Part shown: piece after piece, positions 58,430-64,000 of the stretch
Position numbering within the stretch: position 1 is the first letter of the stretch
Layout of the letters: the number at the start of each line of letters is the position of its first letter
DNA from: Neophaeotheca triangularis
Lineage: Eukaryota
Direction of reading: 5' to 3'
NCBI GenBank assembly: GCA_054600435.1
Contig: BAAIJX010000007.1
Coordinates: 248,001 to 312,000, forward strand
DNA: 64,000 bases
Notes under the pieces: generated by a model
The model's input: only the letters and a program-made list of their open reading frames with translations
Told to the model about the DNA's origin: nothing
Databases searched by the model: none
Program-made: the position numbers and the translations under genes

Positions 58430-59013
58430 TCGGTGACATCGACAATTTGCTCGACATGGCTGGCTACTGGAGGATTAGAAAAAATTCGGGTGGGCATAGA
58501 TGGGGTGTGTACAGCGACGGACGAGGGCTTTACGAGGCCTGCATGTCTCTCAACTCTTTACGCCACCAATTGGCACGACGAGACGCCGGCATGACGGCGT
58601 TGATGGTGTTTTTGTGCGAATCTTTCCTTCAGAGTGGAAGGTCTGCGTGTTCAAGCAGGCACGGAACCGGCCGGGTCTGCCTGCATGTTACTTTACCTTT
58701 TTGCATAGCGAATGAATGAAGCGCCATTTCTATCTGCTCTCCCGCTTGTTTACAGCACGGTCTGTTCAATTAATCTCGAATTGTCGAACGCAAACGTGCT
58801 CTGTTACATACATCAATTCCGAGGCTGCCGTCCATATATGTCTTGGCGCCCATGGTCCAGCCCCGCTTGCGTTGCCCGCGATACTCTGCCTGTAGTAAGC
58901 GTCCTTGAACATTCAACCACGTTTCGATTCGCCAACAGTACAATTTGCCTTCAGCGCACCCACAATATCTTGACCGTTGATCTCTGGCTCAGTAGCCCCA
59001 AACAATCGCCAAC

Positions 59014-59941
59014 ATGTCCAACCCACGCGTGGAAGAAGTGAGCGACGACGCCGCCTCGGACCCCGAAGAGATGGACCTCGACGCCTTCGACTTCGCCAAA
59101 CCCGGCCAGTCCGGCTTGCAAGGCGCGGCCGCTCAAGCTCCCAACCCAGCGGCCACGGCGGCCTCGCAAATGTCGCCCGACATGCTGCAACAAATGATGC
59201 AAATGCAAGGCTCGAGCCAGCAAGCCAACCAGCAGATGCCCTCGCAAGCCCAGCGGGAGCGCATGGCGCGCGAGCAGCAGCAGAAGAGCAAGGACTGGCA
59301 GTGCATCTATCCCGTTTACTTCGATGCTACCCGGAGTCGGGAGCAGGGGAGACGGGTGAGGAAGGAGGATGCGATTGCGAACCCGCTCGCGAGGGAGATT
59401 GTCGAGGCGCTGGCGGAGATTGGGGAGCAGAACAAGGTGGCTTTGCAGGTGGTTTTTGAGCCCGCCAAGTGCCATCCCAAGGATTGGGCAAATCCTGGCA
59501 GAGTGAGGGTGCTGGTCAAGGAGGACGGCAAGGCGAAGAATGCCAAGGTTCAGAACAGTAGGTTACAGGCTCCGGTGGTTGATTGAGGGAGAACGTGGGA
59601 CGGCGCTGACACACATTTGTGAAGAACACCACTTGTACAAGATGATCGGTGCCTACCTCAGGGAGCACCCTACGGACGAAAAGACTCCCTTGAAGCTGCA
59701 GATTAGGGGTATGCCGCCTCAAAAGGAAGCCGCGCCAGCGCCAGCGATACCGAGAGGCTTCAAGATGGGTAGCATCTTGCCCCTGCACTCGCCTGCGCTA
59801 AGCGGCGGCGGTGTGAGCGACAACTTTCTCAAGGAGATGATGGAGGAGATGGGTGGACAGCTGCCTCCGGGAATGGCCGGAGGCAGTGGAGGAGGCCCCC
59901 AGAAACCCAAAATCATCCGAGCTGGCAAGGGCAAGAAATGA
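59014..59941 (+). CDS. SEC65: Signal recognition particle subunit SRP19/Sec65; intron 59558-59624
   Basis: WQCIYPVYFD..RSREQGRRV, ANPLAREI, FEPAKCHPKDWANPGRVRV, N|KHHLY, ILPLHSPALSGGG. Confidence 0.95.
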
Positions 59942-60638
59942 GATGATTTCTTGACACGGCGGCACGCAGCCTCAACATCTCATTCGTCGGTCTGGAGAGA
60001 AAGCTGCCGCAGTTGCATCACGAGGTGCCGCAAGTCGCGGGCTCAATGCGCTTCTCAGTGTCTCCGTGATGTGTCAGAGCGGAAGGGGATCTTGCCACGA
60101 CCCTGGACCTTCGTACAGATGTATACGGCGGTGTTCACGACGCCCGACTCTGAGGGTCTCACAGCATGGGCTGCGTTGCCCCACAAGTGAATTGGCCACG
60201 GGTCACGCTACATCTCAGGCAACGATGCTGACAAGTAGATCTGAATGCGAGAGATCTCTCGGTCTGACGAAGTCCCGACATAGTGGTCAACAGCAGGGCC
60301 TCATGCACGAAGGTCGTGCTGCAGTTGCATTAGCCTCGAAATTGGTCGGTACTGAATGGGAGGCTCAATACACTTCATCCTACGGCACGTGCGGGATCAT
60401 GGACGGTTCCAGGGTTTCACAGGTAGACTTGAGTACTTGATGATTGCCAGCGAACCTATGAATGCAGAGCGAAACAGACGATGCGATTTCGTACTTCTTT
60501 GCCGACCCGTCCTGAATTTCCATAGACGCCATGCTGCATGCCAAGTCATGATCACATCGAGATTGACAGCACGCCACAGCCCCTCCGTGCTGTTACACAA
60601 GATCGCGCACTTTGCGCGAAACGTCACGTATTCCACCA

Positions 60639-62260
60639 TCAAAACGGCTTGGTTGCACTTGTTTTCTCGCTTGCCGTCAAGGTTTGATCGAAAAACTCCT
60701 CGATGACATTAGCAATCTTGTCGACAATGAGGTTAATGTCTTCTTCGCTGACAGTGTAGGCGGGCGCGACGAGGATGTGGTCTCCTGAACTGCCATCTGC
60801 GCTGCCCGTGCCGGGGTAGAGGCTGATGTTGTGAGGCTGTTCCATGCCTGTGAGTTGTACTCGGTTAGTGCACTGTCATTGAGCAATTTGTGTGAAGGTG
60901 TTGTGATACCGAGCTTATGTATGCCCATTGCAACGGCCTGCATGATCGGGAAGGGTACTTTGCCAGATTTGTTCTCGACAAATTCGATACCCCAGAACAA
61001 GCCTTTACCCCTGATGTTTCCGACGGCTGGGTGTTGGCCCAGTCTGGTGTGGAGAAGCGAGCCCAGCAACGAGCCTTGCTTGCGGACGTTTGCGATCAGA
61101 TCGCCATCCTGGATGATTCTTTGGACTTCAAGGGCTGCTCGGCATGCCACTGGGTGGCCTTGGTAGGTTTGCCCATGCGAGAATGCGCCGCTGCCCTCTT
61201 GTAGCACATTGGCCACCTTCTTACTCGCCAGCATGGCGGCTACCGGCATGTAACCGCCTCCCAGGCCCTTGCCAAGTGTCTGAAGATCGGGTACCACCCC
61301 GATTGAGGGGTCCTGCCAAGCGTGCAAAGGCGCAGGGTATGCAGTGGTAGGTTCCGGTCCAGTGCGGCCAGAGCCACACATGATCTCATCGAAAATCAGC
61401 AACGCCCCATATCGATCGCAGACTCGTCGCACGGCCTTGAAGTAGCCCTGCACAGCAGGGACGCAGCCTAGGGCTGCTCCAACGATGGGTTCGGCGACGA
61501 ATGCAGCTACTTTGCCAGGACCCACTCGTTGGAATTCGGCGTCGAGCTCAGCTTCCAGACGAAGGACGTAGGCTGCTTCGGTCTCCCCGGATTCCATGCC
61601 TCTGTAGGCGTAGCAAGGGCTCACGTGGCTGCTATTGGTACCGAGAATGGGTTCGAAAGTTGCCCGCCGTGCAACATGGCCACCAACAGAAAGGGCGCCG
61701 AGAGTTGTTCCATGGTAGCTCTGCTGCCGGGCAATGAAGTGCGTTCTCTCAGGCTCCGGTGGGCTGTTCTCCAAGTGGTATTGACGTGCCATCTTGAGAG
61801 CCGCTTCGATAGCTTCGCTACCGCTGCTGACAATGAAGACTCGAGCCATCTCGCCATAAGTGCTGTCGACAAGCATCCTCGCAAGACCCTCGGCGGCGGC
61901 CGTTCCGTAGAAAAGTGAATGGCAATAGGAAACCTTGTCCATTTGTGCCATGACGGCGTTTTGAACTCTGCTCAGGTGTTAGCTTTTGTACGAGTTGTTA
62001 TATCAATGGACTGACCGTTCGTGTCCGTGACCAAGGCAGGAGACAGCAGCTCCTCCCGTGGCGTCCAATATAGCTTGTCCATCGCTCAGGTAGAGATAAT
62101 TGCCCTGGGCGCCGACCACTTGCAGAGGGTCCTCGTGCAATGACCGGTGCATCACCGCTGAATGGGACCTTTTCTCATCTTCGGGTGGCGTCAAGACACC
62201 GTTTGGCATTGTGGGCTCGACATAGTTGCCATCGTTGAGGACGGGGGCAGGAGCTTTCAT
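60639..62260 (-). CDS. Class-III PLP-dependent aminotransferase, substrate unknown; introns 61968-62015, 60848-60909
   Basis: ILDATGGAAVSCLGHGH, SSGSEAIEAALKMARQY, SYHGTTLG, FVAEPIVG, FDEIMCGSGRTG, GKGLGGGY, HGQTYQGHP, RGKGLFWGIE, DHILVAP. Confidence 0.93.
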
Positions 62261-64000
62261 GCTGGCTGTTTTAGTTTCGTTAGTGGCGCTCTGTAGCAAA
62301 GCCTACGGTATCGTGGTGTGATTGGCAGTGGACGGGGATGTGGACGAAGGGTAGCAGCCTGTCCTATGAGTTGATGAGGAAGGTATGGATTGAGATTGAG
62401 TTCCGGGAAACAGAGGGAAAGGAGGAGGAGGTGGAGGAGGAGGTGGAGGAGGAGGAGAATGGCGGCTTTATCATGTCTAGACTAGTTTAGAAACGGCATC
62501 TTTACCCTGACGGGATTGGAAGGCGGGTGAATAATAATTGGCTTGGACGGCACCTTCCCACTCCTCGTCCGCAATGTTGTTTGCCAAGCGGGTCCACTTG
62601 AAGTACATCGGATGGCGATACCGGCAGCCAGGAAAGGGCCTGTGGACGACGACGCCCAAGAGGCTGGACATGATGGCTTCAGTTAGGTAAGGTATAGGTA
62701 CCTAGGTTACCCGGATACTTCTGCAGGCCGAATTTTGCGTTATCGAGATCAACTTTCAAGACGGCCCGGGTTCAGATCCGCCACCTTTCGGCATGCCGAC
62801 GCCCCGATTCTTTCCAACCTTCACGCCCGTGATGCCGAGCTTCTCGTGAAGTTACATGTAGGTACTGGAGTTTCCCTACAGCGAGAGGGTGTCCGACTCG
62901 CCGTTCGCCCCAAACCTAGTGAAACCGACGAGGCACTCGGAACTCGTGCGCGATCGAGTCGTCTAGGCCACAATCAATCGAGCGCACCCTCGAGTCATTC
63001 CGAAGTGTTCAGCGGAAGTTGTCATGCAGCTGCCCACCTGCGACTGCGTAGCCGAAGCCGTGGACGACGATTCAAGATGTGACATTGCCCCTTCCAAGGG
63101 TCACCTGTTGAAACTCGATAGGCTTCCAGCGCGTGTGGAGTATGGCCTGGACCATGCAAGGCCGGACTGCTATGGTCCTGCATCAGCGTAGGTAGCTTCT
63201 GCCGCGTGATGCTGTGGTCGGCTTCCTCGAGTCCACGGGGTCGGGACGACTCAACTGGTACCTAGTGAGATGAGATCCTGGTCGAGTGATACATGGAAAA
63301 CTGACATCTAAGCGAGCAAGATCGGCTTCTTGGCATCTGATGCTCGCCCTACAACGTGGTGAACGTGTCATGCGTGTCTCCGTAAAAGCCCTCTCGCTCC
63401 AAGGTGCCGAATGTGTGTAAACATGGATGCATACAGTACTGTAGTAATTATTCTGTTCGTTACACTGGACACGGCTAGACTGTCTACTGCCGTACAGACT
63501 TCTACTGTTTACGCCAAACCCCCAGCTGGATAGACAATGCACTTGGCCCACATGAGATTGTACCTGCATTGTGTTCTACACATGCGCCTGGGGCTAAATG
63601 ATAGGTGGTAGTAGGTAGTAGATACTGTACGCTCAGTGCTGGCACTCGGCGGCGGTGAAACGGCTGACGAGAATGCGTGCTCATCACTCGTTGATCAGTC
63701 GGCTGCAGACTGCTGACCTCGGGAATCGCTGTACTGAGGTACTTAGTAAGTTGATCGACAGTACAAGGCCAAAGAGATCGGGTCGGATCCAAGTCCTCTA
63801 CCGAAGCAAGATCTGTCGGAAGCTGTGTAGTACCTAACTAGTGGACCTGTAGTAGTAAGGTAAGGTATGCAGGTAGACAAGGTACTTGAGTGACGAGTCC
63901 TTGGCGCTGAGCAAGCTGCATCTTATCAGGGTAAGATACCTAGGCCATTGTTAGGGCGAGCCACCTGCGGTCCTGGTTGCATGGAAGCGGAGTGGCGTCC

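Noticed and set aside
27395..62260. Possible GABA or nitrogen-metabolism gene cluster (GAD1, adenine deaminase, class-III aminotransferase, two C6 TFs)
   Set aside because: The genes are spread over 35 kb among unrelated housekeeping genes. There is no backbone enzyme or evidence of co-regulation, and the aminotransferase is not recognisably the Uga1 GABA transaminase.
62477..64000. Short ORFs at the right end of the window
   Set aside because: No recognisable domains or convincing splice structure; likely promoter or intergenic DNA.

Overview
Eukaryotic, intron-containing fungal DNA from a filamentous ascomycete. Gene content and short (48-81 nt) GT-AG introns with CTRAC-type branch sites suggest a Dothideomycete (inference). 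I can support about 20 intact protein-coding genes: MsrA, S10 carboxypeptidase, APC10/Doc1, Pth11-like membrane protein, GH16, F-box protein, glutamate decarboxylase, two Zn(II)2Cys6 transcription factors, adenine deaminase, D-arabinono-1,4-lactone oxidase, GH43, Pan3, a UBX protein, LAMMER kinase, SRP19/Sec65, a class-III aminotransferase, and three uncharacterised proteins. Most of the window is ordinary core genome. The most unusual part is 8.4-11.4 kb, which the ORF track does not explain. There, the 3' two-thirds of a 5S rRNA gene, with its oligo-T terminator, is fused directly to the first 15 codons of a hydantoinase/oxoprolinase gene. That stump sits head-to-head, across a GATA-rich promoter, with a decayed NCS1 permease whose four premature stops are all TGA at probable Trp positions. 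This looks like a collapsed accessory nitrogen-scavenging module anchored at a broken 5S gene, possibly a relic of a 5S-targeting mobile element (inference). Other notable items: an unannotated ~10x helical-repeat protein, a propeller protein with a CaaX-like tail, in-frame stop-free introns inside two zinc-binding domains, and a uORF abutting the LAMMER kinase start. I recognised no tRNA, CRISPR array or intact transposon. All family assignments come from motif recognition, not database searches.
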